DNA of 33,320 nucleotides from Craspedostauros australis (lineage: Eukaryota): the NCBI GenBank assembly GCA_030167865.1, contig JALAGF010003714.1, positions 1 through 33,320 of the forward strand. Reading direction: 5' to 3'. The position numbers and the translations under genes are program-made. Shown here in pieces: positions 9,368 to 21,611 of the stretch. The stretch's first letter is position 1; every line of letters starts with the position of its first letter. Below the pieces are notes generated by a model. It saw only the letters and a program-made list of their open reading frames with translations. It had not been told where the DNA came from and searched no databases.

Positions 9368-11584
9368 TCTTCGCTAAATCCGGCAGGCGCCGAAGGAACG
9401 AGTGCGTGTCCAGGTTACGACATCCTGGCTGTGACGGAGGTGCCGAAAACGTCGGAATCTGGAGTTCGGTCCGTATCGCCCGTTGAAGGGGTTTCTTCCA
9501 AACAGATGATAAGGCCTCTGCCGGAGCGGATACTCTGCCGCTCCACCAAAGAGGATCGTGGATGGCGAGGATCGCGATGTGGGTTGGTCTCGTCTGTCTC
9601 GCTGGTCGCACTGCTTTCTACGCACTCACGCACTCACGCACTCAGCCTTGTCCTCATCTGTTTCGTTTGCCGTTTGCGTCGTCCGCGTTGATGTGCGATG
9701 TCGATCCTCCCTCGCCGCTTCGGGCGATTCAGAACTTTTGTCTCTGGTGCCCCATTCCACAAGAGTGAGAACCACCTTTCTGTTCAGCGATACTTCATGC
9801 GCTTTGAATGGGGACGGAAAGGGAACGAGTCAATTTATACTCCCTCTGTCCTACCATCCTCTCGTACAAGAATACGTGTTCTGTTCTACTTGTGCTATTG
9901 CCAGTCCTCCAGCAAGTATCTTTCTGCAGGCGATCTTGAAGCCAAGACAGAGACAGAGCGAGAAAGGTGCCAAAGAACCCAACAGCACAAGCAAACACAC
10001 ATCTCCCATCACTCCCTCGCACCGGTGCCTCGGTTCGCACAGGGTCCTTGACGCTGAACGACTTGAGAACGGGTGTCTTGGGGGCAGGTTTCCAGCGATA
10101 GAAAAGTGTGGCAACTGCCATCTGTCAAAACCTGTCAGGGCCATCTGCTTGACAGTTGTTGTTGCCGTCAAGACCAAAATCGAATTATCACGACTTTGTT
10201 AGCGTTACCAGACAGTGCTTCACAATCACAACAGCCAGTCTCACGGGCGTTGCCTGGGCATCCTTCTTCTTCTGTTCTTTTTGTTGCAAGTGACGTGTAT
10301 CTTTTGGGGCTCAGTCGCCGTACGTGACCTCAGTGATGAAGGGCGGTTTTCCGCAATGCCATCGGCTCTTGGTGGCAAACGCAAATTCTATGTGAGCTCG
10401 TAACTTCGCATGCACCCTGCTCCAGACGCCATCGTGTTCGAGCAAAGTGAAGGAGCTCGTACGCACGCTCGGGTTGAGCACGGCGACTCTGGAACTGTTG
10501 CCACTATTTTATCTGCAATTCTACTCAACGTACTCAAACTGTAGCCGCGAGCAAGAGCACTGCAGGTCCGTGCGAACACAGCCGAGTAAGTAATCGTCAT
10601 CATGACCGTAGTCGTGCTTGCACATGGTGCCATTCCTTCACGACATCGGCACGGTGACAGATGAGATCGACGTTGTGTTTGGGGCATTCTCATCCTCATC
10701 GAGGGTGAAGGAAGGGAAGGAGTCAAAATCCTCCTGTCATCGCAACCCAAGGGACATCGCAGAACAGCCCCAGGTGCGGCACAACCTCGCTTCGGATTTG
10801 ATGTTGCCTGGGAACGAAAACCGGGACAGGCACCCCATGCGTTGCGGGCGCGCGAAGAGTACATACTGTGTACGAGTGCAGCCATGGTACATTCTCTAAC
10901 AAGTACTATGGCTTTGTACGACAGGACGGCACACCAACGTGCCACACGAGAACACGAAACATTCCGCGGAGTGCTGGTGGTCGTTGGTTACAGTAGAAGG
11001 GATTTTTTCATCCAGACATCCTCGCAGCTTGTTCGCTTGTCTGCCAGCGGGTGTCACGACAGCGTTTCCTTTTCTTTGGATTTCCGTATCCGCCGCCTAA
11101 ATGATGCAGTCACGCAACGAAGCGTACTTAACAAGTCCATCAACAGGAGTCTTTGACTTTCCCATATTCCGTTCCGTGCTGATATTTCCGCTCGACCGTT
11201 CTGCGGGGCTTATTCGTCGGTCCGGCTTCTGTCCGTCCATCCGTATGCGACGCCCAAGAATGACTTTGCGGCAGGAAAAGAACCCATTCCGCCTGCGTGT
11301 CAACCTGCCGTAGAAATATCACGACAGGCAGTAAGAGTTCACGCAAGCTGCTGGGTTGTAACAAGAGACATTCAGTGTGGTTGTCGATCGTTGTTTTGTT
11401 GGCAGCATGCGTATCAATGTGCGGTGGCAATACCACCGCAGGCACCGAAAGAAACATCGAACGCGACAAACACCGCGACAAAACGAGAAATAGCAACCAA
11501 CAGCGATACAAAAAGTTCATCCACAATCCCCTCCTCCACTTTCATTCTCACAAATCGCAAACTGCCCAAAACTCAAAGCAACGT

Positions 11585-11680
11585 AACAACAACAACAACA
11601 ACAACAACAACGTATCCACAACAAGGAAGCGACGAAGGGAGACCATCATCATCATCATCACCATCACCATCACCACCGCC
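11585..11680 (+). repeat. (AAC)9 and (ATC/ACC)n microsatellites just upstream of the HSF start codon
   Basis: aac x9 at 11585-11611; catcatcatcatcatcaccatcaccatcaccacc at about 11645-11678. Confidence 0.85.
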
Positions 11681-11733
11681 ATCAAGCAATACGATCAACA
11701 AACGACGACAGCAACAGCATCAGACAACCAAAC

Positions 11734-13777
11734 ATGAGTCCATCACCCCAAGGAAGCAACAACGATCTGGAGCCAACTCCAATCAACGAACAGTTCATGG
11801 CACTGCCCAACGTCAGCGTCCCTGGGAATGGGAACGGCGGCAGCAACAGCAGCAACAACAACGGCATCAACGTCAACCTGGGAAACCTCAACGGCGACGC
11901 CGTCATCAGCAGCGCTTCCAACGGAGTCAAACACGAGGGACGCCCTGAGAAAACGAAGATGCACAGCGTCATGGAGGCAGCCAACGCCCTGACGGCGCTC
12001 TGCGACGAAGACGAAGAGGAGGGGAACAACACCAACAACGGCAGCAGCGACGACAACAGCAACAACAGTCCTCAGGACACCGCTCCAAAGCCTGACAGCA
12101 GCAACAGCAACGCCAATGGCAACGGCGAAACCAGCAGCAGCAACAACGGCAGCCCTGCCCCAGAATCCTTGCCAAAACCGACGAAGCGCTTCATCCCCGA
12201 GCACAAGAAACCAGATGCAGCGTTGACATTTCCCGAAAAGGTCAGTGAGCATCTTGCCAAATTTCTGTTCTTGGCTGTTGGCGACCATGGACACGAGTCG
12301 CGTCCTGATTTGTTGTATCGTGGTGTGATGCTGTGTGATGTGATTGCGCCACGCGGTGGCGTTGCGTGGCGAAATTGCATGAGTTGTTTGCCTGCCTTCC
12401 AACGCCAGCCGGTGCCGTTTCGGGCTGAGTCGCACACAGCTGTTCGCCGTGTCGCACTCAGAAACTCGATGTCTGGCCTGGTACCTGCGCTTATGTGTTT
12501 CGCGAGCCACGATGGTAGGGCGCTTGTTTGTTTCGGAACTCGTTACCGGAGGTTTTTATCACCCCCGATAATAACAAACATCACGACTATGGCGGGCATC
12601 TTCGTGAGCTTATCATGCCACAGCGCGTATTGTCATCGCTCGCCCAATCCTAACAGCACATCGACCATGATGTGCACCGCCCCACACCAGAGTCTCACAC
12701 AATCAATTAATCCCTTCCTCCTTGTCTACCAACTCCCACCGACGCCCTTGTTTCATTGACATGCATCTCTTGCTATGTTGTAACCAACTTCTTTGGCTTG
12801 TTGCACCAATGCATCCGCCGTTGCTTCGCCGACGTGTGACAACCACACTCGTACTCTGACCACAGCTTATGAGCCTCATGAAGTTCGCCGACGATCAAGA
12901 AGACAAGCGCAATTACTGCATCTCCTGGTTGGACGATGGCAAGTCCTTCGTCATCCGCGACCCGGATGGCTTCACCCGCCAGGTGCTGCCCAAGTTCTTC
13001 AAGGCCACCAAGTTCTCATCCTTCACTCGCAAGCTCTACCGCTGGGGCTTCCGACAGGTCAACCGCGGCATCGGCCCCGACGACCCGATCATCTTCGGCA
13101 ACGAGTACTTCCAACGCGACGATCCTGAGCAGATGAAGAAGATGAGGAGCGTCACCGCTGCTTCCACCAGGAAGACAGAGCAGGCCAATCTCCTGCTTCA
13201 ACAGCAGCAGCAGCTTCAGCAGCAGCAGTTCACCCTCAACATGATGGGCATGAACAAGCGTCCCTTCGACGCCACAGGCGCCATCGCCGGCAACGACCCC
13301 AAGAGAATCCTCCTCGAACAGTGGATGCAGCAGAAGGCGATGACCCAGCAGAACATGTACAACCCCAACCCAGCCGGGCAGGGCATGAACCTGACATCTG
13401 CGCTCGGTCGCAACCCCCACTTCAACCCTGCCTCGTTGAACACCGGTGGGATGAAGCCATTCGAGATGATGGGATTCAACAACGGCAACCAGGGAGGGCA
13501 GATGGCGCCCAGCAACCCGCTGTTCGGGTCGTTCCAGATGCAGTCGCTTGCCCAGCAGCAGAACGACAACCAGCAGCAACAACACCATCACCAACAGCAG
13601 CAGCACCTCTTCCAGCAGCAACAACAGCAGCAACAGCAACAGCAGCACTTCCAACAGCAGCATCAGCAGCAACAACAACAGAAGCAACAGCAGCAGCAAG
13701 GCAGCGGCTACCCGGCCACAGCCTCCACCGCTGACATCGTGAACGCTGCCATCAACGCCCTCAAGTACGCTTCCTAG
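11734..13777 (+). CDS. HSF: Heat shock factor (HSF)-type transcription factor, 2 exons (11734-12240, 12866-13777), ~472 aa
   Basis: Splicing AAG|GTCAGT...CTGAC CACAG|CTT joins ALTFPEK to LMSLM...ISWLDDGKSFVIRDP..F...VLPKFFKATKFSSFTRKLYRWGF, an intact HSF DNA-binding domain. Asn-rich N-terminus and polyQ C-terminus. Confidence 0.93.
12241..12865 (+). other. Spliceosomal intron of HSF (625 bp, phase 0)
   Basis: GT donor, branch-like CTGAC at 12856 and CAG acceptor; removal restores FPEKLM. Confidence 0.88.
13553..13699 (+). repeat. CAG/CAA polyglutamine tract in HSF
   Basis: Interrupted (CAG/CAA)n encoding QQQNDNQQQQHHHQQQQHLFQ12HFQQQHQQQQQQKQQQQQ. Confidence 0.9.
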
Positions 13778-15677
13778 AGAGAGAGAGGCACTGAGCGGTC
13801 CGCAGGCCGGTCTGGGTCAGGCCACACGACACCAGACCGCGCTCAAAAGACAAGACGGATGAAGTGGCACAGACACACACAAACAAACAATCACACGATC
13901 GCCACATCACAACTCTTCCATGCATTTCGACGGGGGAAACGCGGATGCATGCATCCGCTCGGTCGCAGGTTGAGGGGGATATCTCAGCCCTCGATCCTGG
14001 CAGCCGAGGGATCAACCACAAGAGCTGATGCACATGTCCTTCATCCACGAAGGTGGTGGAGGCGGTAGCATCAGCGCAACAGCCTGGATGTATACTTTGT
14101 GCAGGGCGCGATGATGACGCAGGCAATGGGCGGATAGACGGATGGAGCGCGGGTGGCAACAACGCATTGGCAGCGATGCCGTGTGATGCCACACCACATC
14201 TGACGTCAACCATGCCTACAGGCATCGTGTTCAATTTGTTTCCATTATAACTATCTCAATTACTATCACTACGCTGTAAATCCACCCTGAGGTCTGTGCA
14301 GATGGTACTTCAAGCCAACAAGGACAATGCCAGCAAGTCTCGACTTCGCTCTGGCCCCAGCCCACACCACAAGCACGCCTCTGGGCTATACGATTGGGAC
14401 GTGGCATGCATCGCACACGTCCAAGAATTAACGATCTAAACTAATAGACTGACTGCATACTCCACGAATTCATCACATCGGTCGGTTAGAGCAGAGCACT
14501 TTGCTTCTGTTGATTGGTGGATGGTACTATTTGGCGCAGAGGAGAGTTGCGCTTCCGTCTGTTGCGCCGGTCGTTGCGCGGAGGACTATCGCCTTCCGGT
14601 TTGGCCAGAAGACCCGCGACGCACGTTGGCGACACAGCAACACGGCAACATTGGGACTGACATGTTACGACCCTGCAACAGGTAGTCTCTAACTCTCTAT
14701 CTATCTATTAGTACGCAGTTGCCGGGAAGTCTCTGAGATCGTTCGCACCATGCATACTCACAGCCACAAGTGTCCACAACGAAATGTTTGTGTGGTACAA
14801 AACTAGTCTTATTCGTAGACTCACAGTCGAAAAGTCAGACACGATCTGCGACATTCCACGGCAATCTTCTTCCCTTGTGCTGAAGATGTCACCCTACGGT
14901 GTTCGTGGTAGGGAACGTACGGGGTTCCGTTTTTGGATCCAGAGTGTTCGCAGACAGGCAAACAGAGCAGGAACAAGGCACTCTTTGCTCGAACTCCACG
15001 AGCACCACCCGCGACGACAAGGGAGGCGAAGAGTCAAAGCGAAACAACACGAAGCAGGATACGAAAGAACACAACAGACAACAAAAGCAGCAGGAACAGC
15101 CCACAGACAGAGAGGAGGGAAAATCAAACAGAAGGCAAGGAGAGTGCCATCACACACCCACACACATAGACATACAGGCATCACCCTCCGTGGCATTCCC
15201 CCACAAGTGAAAGCTTTCGCATTGAGACGTTCGCATCATCGACATCGTCCAACGCCCATTGTCACTCACCATCGTCGGGATCTTGCTCTATCTCTCTCTC
15301 TCTCTCTTTCTGCGGTGATCGACGCGAACAGCAGTAGCAACAGTAGTAGCAACAGCAATAGAGCATCAACAATCTCAGGATCGCAGCAAGAGGAGCCCTC
15401 CGTTAGATCGATCCCCAGCCCACAATCTGTAATCCGCGGTCAACGCAGCACAGCACAGCACAGCGAAGAAACCAAACGTCTGAATCCGTGACCCCCAAGC
15501 ACACAGCTGCAAGCCACAGCCATACAAACAACCCCTTATCGTGGTCGCAGACCAGCAAGAGTGCAAGGATAGAACCCTCCACATCTACGTCCACTACACG
15601 CACATACATACACCCTGCGCATATTAACACACAAGAGTCAATCACAGCAATAGCATCAATCACAGCAACCCTTCGCC

Positions 15678-17481
15678 ATGACGTCCCTTTCCGCTGTGGC
15701 TGGATCCACGCAAGCCACGACCAACGCGGCAACCGCAGCGCCGGCGCTGGCCCCGTCCGATCGTGTTGCCGGTGGCGAAGCCGCAGCTACCAGCGGCAAC
15801 GCTGCCGCCAGCAGCACCACCAACGGAGGTGCCGGCTCATCCGCAGCCGCCGCGACGCAACCATCTGCGGCGCCGCACATGCGCATGGGATCGTTGGACG
15901 ATCCAGAGAACATCTCCTACAGCGCCGAGCGCATCATCGGAAACGGCTCCTTCGGCGTCGTCTTCGAAGCGAAGGTCGTGGAGACGCAGGAGGTCGTCGC
16001 CATCAAGAAGGTCCTGCAGGACAAGCGCTTCAAGAACCGGGAGCTGCAGATCATGCAGCAGCTCGTCAAAGACCCGCACACCAACATCGTCAAGCTCAAG
16101 CATTGCTTCTTTTCTCAGGTACGTTCTTGGCTGCGTTGGCGAAGCGTCGCTGCTCTTCTCTTCTCGCATTGGGGCTGATCAACTGTTTGTGCACAATGGT
16201 CTTTCGCGCGTTCTGCACTGTTTGGTGTTCGCATCAATGCTCTGTCACCACCCTCTCTGTCTCTCACACCCATACCACTCCATTCTATTCGTCTCTCCCT
16301 TTCCATTGCACACCTGCGCATCCATACGCACATGCGTATGCGTATGTGGATTGTATTGTATTGTACACAACCCATACGCATTCATATGCATTCATATGCA
16401 CCCAAACACATCCAACCACAGGGCGAACGGGCTGAAGAGCTGTACCTCAATTTGGTTCTGGAGTTTGTGGAGGAGACCGTGCACAGCATCTCTCGCAGAC
16501 ATCAGCGGCACAACACATCCCTGCCATTGCTATACGTCAAACTATACCTCTACCAGCTCTCCCGCGCATTGGCTCACATTCATGGCATGGGAATCTGCCA
16601 CCGCGACATCAAACCGCAAAATCTTCTCGTCAACCCAAACAACCAGCAGCTCAAGCTATGCGACTTCGGCTCGGCCAAGAGATTAGTCAGGGGAGAGCCA
16701 AACGTGGCCTACATCTGCTCCAGGTACTACAGAGCGCCGGAGCTCATCTTCGGATCCAACAATTACACCACGGCCGTCGATGTTTGGAGCCAGGGCTGCG
16801 TCGGGGCGGAGCTGCTTCTCGGACAGCCCCTCTTCCCGGGCGATTCCGGCGTAGACCAGCTGGTGGAAATCATCAAGGTGCTAGGCACACCGACGAAGGA
16901 GGAGATCCGAACGATGAATCCAAACTACATCGAGTTCAAATTCCCGCAGATCAAGGGATGCCAATGGAAGAAGATGTTCCGCGACTCGACGCCACAATCG
17001 GCGATGGACTTCATCGCGGGAACGCTGGCCTACACGCCCGACAAACGCCTCGATCCCCTGGAGGGTTGCGCGCACGAATTCTTCGACGAACTCCGCGAAC
17101 CAGGAAAGCGATTGCCCAATCACGCAGGATCCTTGCCGCCGCTATTTGACTTTACGGATCGTGAGAAGATGGTGGCCCCGGAACTGCTAGAGAAGGTGCG
17201 TTCCAAATGAATGTGGGTCTCCTTCCGTCATGCGCATCTCATCTCGTTCTATTGCTGTGCTGTTGCCGTCGTCGCAGCAAAGTGAAAGTGCTCAAGTCTT
17301 TGGACTGTGATTTATACCATTTCAGTCCATCATACGCACGAATGCAATCTCTCACATCACTCAAACTGCTCTGCTTTATCAACGACTGTATTCCGTTCAT
17401 CGCACTTCGCTCCTGCAACAACAGCTTCTCCCAAGTCATGTCAAGTCTGCCGACACCTCCGCGACGGCTGAATCAGGATGA
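15678..17481 (+). CDS. GSK3: Glycogen synthase kinase 3 / shaggy-like kinase, 3 exons (15678-16118, 16422-17195, 17425-17481), ~423 aa
   Basis: [86 protein letters not shown]. Intron 1 is 16119-16421 (GTACGT..CAG). Intron 2 is 17196-17424 (GTGCGT..CAG) and gives the GSK3-like tail [23 protein letters not shown]. Confidence 0.95.
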
Positions 17482-19927
17482 AAAGATGCAACCAACACAC
17501 TACGAAGAACGCAGCGGAATAAGCTCCGTTCGAATCGATCCGCGTGAATTCCACTCTAGATACCTTCTGCCTCCCATCCAATCACAATCTCCTTACAAAT
17601 CATCCGCTCACTCACTCGACCAAGCCAACGAATCAACTACCTCATTTCGGAATATTGCACGGCGAACTCACCTGCGTTGCAGTGCTACAGAAGCACCCCC
17701 TCGTGCCACCGTCCCATCTGCGAAGTTGGATCGGACCCGTCCTTGCCCACCGCATGATATTGACATCCGCATTACGTCGATCTCTTGCAGCAGCGCGAGA
17801 TGGTCCAAGTAGCCAAACACGTACAGACACAATCCTCCGCGCTCCAGACTTGTCGTCGAACGTCATGCTGTCAGCACCGAGCTGCGTGAGTAGCGCAGGC
17901 TGGACGATAGTTGTATGTCGCCCAAGCAGCAACGAAGGAACCAGTCCACTCCTGCATATTCCATCCGCGTGCGCTTGCTGAGGATGTACATGCCACGGGC
18001 CGCAGTAGTCGGTACGGCACTCGCACTGACGAACATTTCGCACCTGGAGCCGCGTGCCGACAAGAAACGGTGTGAGTCTATGGGCATGTCGGAATGAAAA
18101 AAAAAAGAGTAGCCAGGTGGCTATGGGAAGAACAAGCACACGACAAAGACATGAAAAGGGTGCAGAACGTGGGCGAGGGTGGATGACACGAACATGAAGA
18201 GCATATTCGATTTCTTGCAGGAGCAGAAAAGTTGGCAGGCACACACCAATGAGGAAAGAGAGAGAGAGAGGCATCACTGCAAGGCGCCGAAGGCGGCGGC
18301 GCGACCACTTGCACGGCCAACACGAGTCGTCGCCAATTGAGTTATCAGTTGGCGACGGCGAATCGTTGACGAAGATCACGCGAGAGGAATAAAACTAAAC
18401 CATGACAATTCCTTGCGAACTAATAGTAGACCGCATCGCTGATGGTGCTTCCTGCCCTTGGCGTGGCGAGCGTTGATACCACACGCGATGCTGCGAATCT
18501 CCAGCTCGAGCCAAAAAACGATCTCGCATTATTGGATACACTCGTTTAATCACAAGGATTCGTCTGCCGACTGAGCCAACTGCACACAGCGTCATGCACA
18601 TTTCCCAATCACAGCCATGATCCCTGACAGCATCCTGATCTTGTGTGATGGGATAGTCTGCAAGTGCACGCTTCAATGCGGATGGGTTCAGCGAATTGAG
18701 CAAGCCTGACGCATGTGCGATACCCGAGAAACGAGGCGTTGGTTGCACGGAGAGGAGCGGTCGTTCCACACCGAAGATGGAGGTCTCATCAGTCTGGGGC
18801 ATCGATATTTTGGTCATTGCCAAGATGCCATATGTCGAGAGTTGCTTCTCTTAGCGTCGTCGTTGGCAACACAATTGCGCAACACTTGAGAGTAGTCTCT
18901 CTACTCTAGTTTATTCTAGTTTAGTCCGCGGCACCATCGATCAGTCACACAGGACTGAAAAGTGTATTGATTATTATAGTACAATGTGCAGAGTATCATA
19001 ATTTTCAACGGTCGAACCCCTTTTAGCGCTTCGTGTGACCAATCAAAAATAAGGGGATCCAATATTCTGGGCTCAGGAACAGCCTGAATTAGCCTGTACG
19101 ACTATGGGACCCATGTGAAGTGCTTTTATGTTTGTTAGATCCTCCGATTCGATCGTTTCTCCTCGTTGGACGAATGTTGTGGAAACGGTTACTCTCTCTC
19201 ATGAGTTCTTCAGGAGCTTCATGCGATTCGAGATAAAGCTGTTAGTACAGGCACCTACTCCACATACCAATAGTTCGCTCGAGTGGTTGCAGAATGTCGA
19301 GAACGCAGCCGTTGGTCCGCACGCTGAGTGAACCCAGTTTTGCAGGCAGCCATGGTCGCACTCCTGGTGTTCGGTGTGGCAACGTGTAGGTGAGCGGTCG
19401 CAGGTGAGAAACGAAAGTATCACAGTTTCCTCTTCAGGAGATGAACGTGAACCACTCGTGACCTTCACAAGTCAACAAACGGTACTTTTTTGCTTTAGTT
19501 GCTGATTTTGCATCATGCGGCGCAGTTTCGTGGATGCCTTGGAGATGGGTGAAGGCATTGCAAGGCGCCATACAAGCACTGTTCAAAGAGACGCAACGAT
19601 TGCTGTCGACTTTGCCGTTCCTCATTCGCTACTGCAACAAGGTACGGTTGATGCATGCGGACACTGCGCATGGGTGTTGCTAATAGTCCTGACATGTATA
19701 ATACCACACATAGTTTCCGACGAAGAGCGAGATGCACACTGGTACACGCAGAGCCATCGTACTGCCATACACATACTCTCTGTAGATTATTCTTGGACGT
19801 ACACACTCCAAATACCTCTAGTAGCAACTGGCGTGAGCAACGGAGGCACACTGCGGTTTGATGGTGGGGAGTTGGCTGTTTCTGTTGCTCCGGTTCCTTC
19901 CGGCATTGGGCCCTTGCAAGAACTGCT

Positions 19928-21611
19928 CTAGCGCTGAGTTGGTCCCGCAGGCTCCTCATTCGACCACTCTCCACCTGCCGGCGGCGACCCGAAGCGACGA
20001 ACTGCGCCATCATGGATGATACGAGGCGAGTATTGCGAAGTTGTGGGGTATGGGTACATGCCGACTGGAACCAAGGACAGCGGGGCTGCAGCGTTGTGGT
20101 CGAATCCATAAGGTCCGCCCACACGGATGAGTCTCATGTTGGGATAGTTTTGGAGGGGGACGAACTGTCCCACGCTGTCCTCGATGTTGGCGTAGTGCGG
20201 ATGGCCGTGCATGTACTGCGGCTGCAACTGCAATGGAGGCTGCGCAAGCATAAGCGGACGCTGATGAGCAGCAGCTTGTGGCATACTGAGCCGTGTATCG
20301 ATTTCAGCCCTCGCATTGATCTCCTCGTTTGGATTCAGTGCAGAGGCATCCTTGGTCAGAGTCAGAGCCGCGGGAGCCCCCTGTGGTGATGGCTGTGACG
20401 ACGACTGCGGTACTGGCTGAACACACAAGGCCTGTGGCGCCGAGTCAGCGGTATTCGATTTTCGCTCGATTTCAACAGCATGCGCCTGTGCCGCATCGGC
20501 CATCATTCTGAGCAGCTTGACTCGTTCTCTCAGCTCGTCGATTTGCTCTGATGCCGTTGCTCCAGCTGTCTTTGTGGCTGCTTCTATGGTGAGAGAGATG
20601 GTACCGTGATTCGCTTTGAGCTGAGCTGTGCTCAACTGCATCGCAGGACTTGCTTGATCTGCGATCGGTTTGGATGCATCTTGTGCTGGACAATGCAGGA
20701 AAGCTGTTGGTATGACATGATGCGGTATGATATGATACCGAAATGTGAAGTGCGCAAGTGTGGTGGATCCAAGTTTGTAGGCGAATTAGCGGTGAGTGAG
20801 TATAAGTGTGCATGTGTACGAGTACGCATGCATGTGCGTGCGCACGCGTATGTCAAGGAGAGACGGGACAGCGTTCTCCTGCACGTTCCGTCGCATTTTC
20901 AGGCAAGGTAATGCAGCTAAGGCGACGGAACTTTCACGGGTTGCGCCGATGTCGAGAGAGCGTGTGTTTCTGGTGAAGTCCTTGTATGGTACCAACACAT
21001 GGAGCAGATAGTATAGTAGTCGGCATGCACTGTTATGACGTACCTGGGCGAGACAAGCTGCCACCGCGCGATGCAGTGCTTTCCATTGCGACGCTTTCAT
21101 CATCGGTGGCATTGTCTTGGTCGCCTTCACTGCCGGAAGACGCCGGCGACGATGCATTCACCGCCATGCCTTCAGCGTCCTGGTGCCGCTTACGCTTATG
21201 CATCGTGTAGGTCCGAAGGCGTTGACACGTCTTCTTCCATGCCAACTCATCTCCAATCTCGTAAAACAATTGGTCCTTTTTGTTGTACTTCATGAATCGG
21301 CCTCCGGACTTGCGGATGGCTCGGACGATCGCTTTGGAAATGTCGGGTTTGCGTGGTTTGGCTGCATTTTCGTAGTCAGAAGAGAGCTTCTTGATCAGCT
21401 TGGCGTACACATTACCTCCCGAGCTGCTCCTGCAGCTGCGGCCGCTCTGTCCTGTCCAAATGTCAGAGTCCTTCAGTGCCGTCACCCCCAAATCGGAGGG
21501 AGGCAATGCGCAATCGATGATCTCAGCTCTCACATCTCGCACCAAACTACCGATCGTCGTCGGTCGGTTCATTCCTCCTCCCATCGACTTGCTGGGCTTG
21601 CGCGATGTCAT
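19928..21611 (-). CDS. DUF6824-like domain protein, probably 3 exons (21611-21044; ~20969-20846; ~20660/20635-19928)
   Basis: Exon 1 starts at MTSRKPSK and contains DSDIWTG..GGN.YAKLI....DY....KPDISKAIVRAIRKSGGRFM......FYEIGDELAWKKTCQRLR, the diatom DUF6824 pattern. Donor GTACGT at 21043. A 74-bp intron to a CAG at 20970 keeps the frame. The last exon (ORF 19928-20641) encodes a coiled coil plus a Pro/Gln-rich tail. The second intron boundaries are uncertain. Confidence 0.7.

Noticed and set aside
8640-9700. Overlapping 150-200 aa ORFs between KRI1 and HSF
   Set aside because: No consistent coding frame, domain motif, terminal repeat or transposase/RT signature.
14784-15677. Several 100-300 aa ORFs upstream of GSK3
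   Set aside because: Low-complexity, A/C-rich sequence with microsatellites and no domain motifs; likely promoter or 5' UTR.
17196-17210. ORF-track end of GSK3 (VRSK*)
   Set aside because: GTGCGT is a donor; splicing to 17425 gives the more typical KLLPSH tail.
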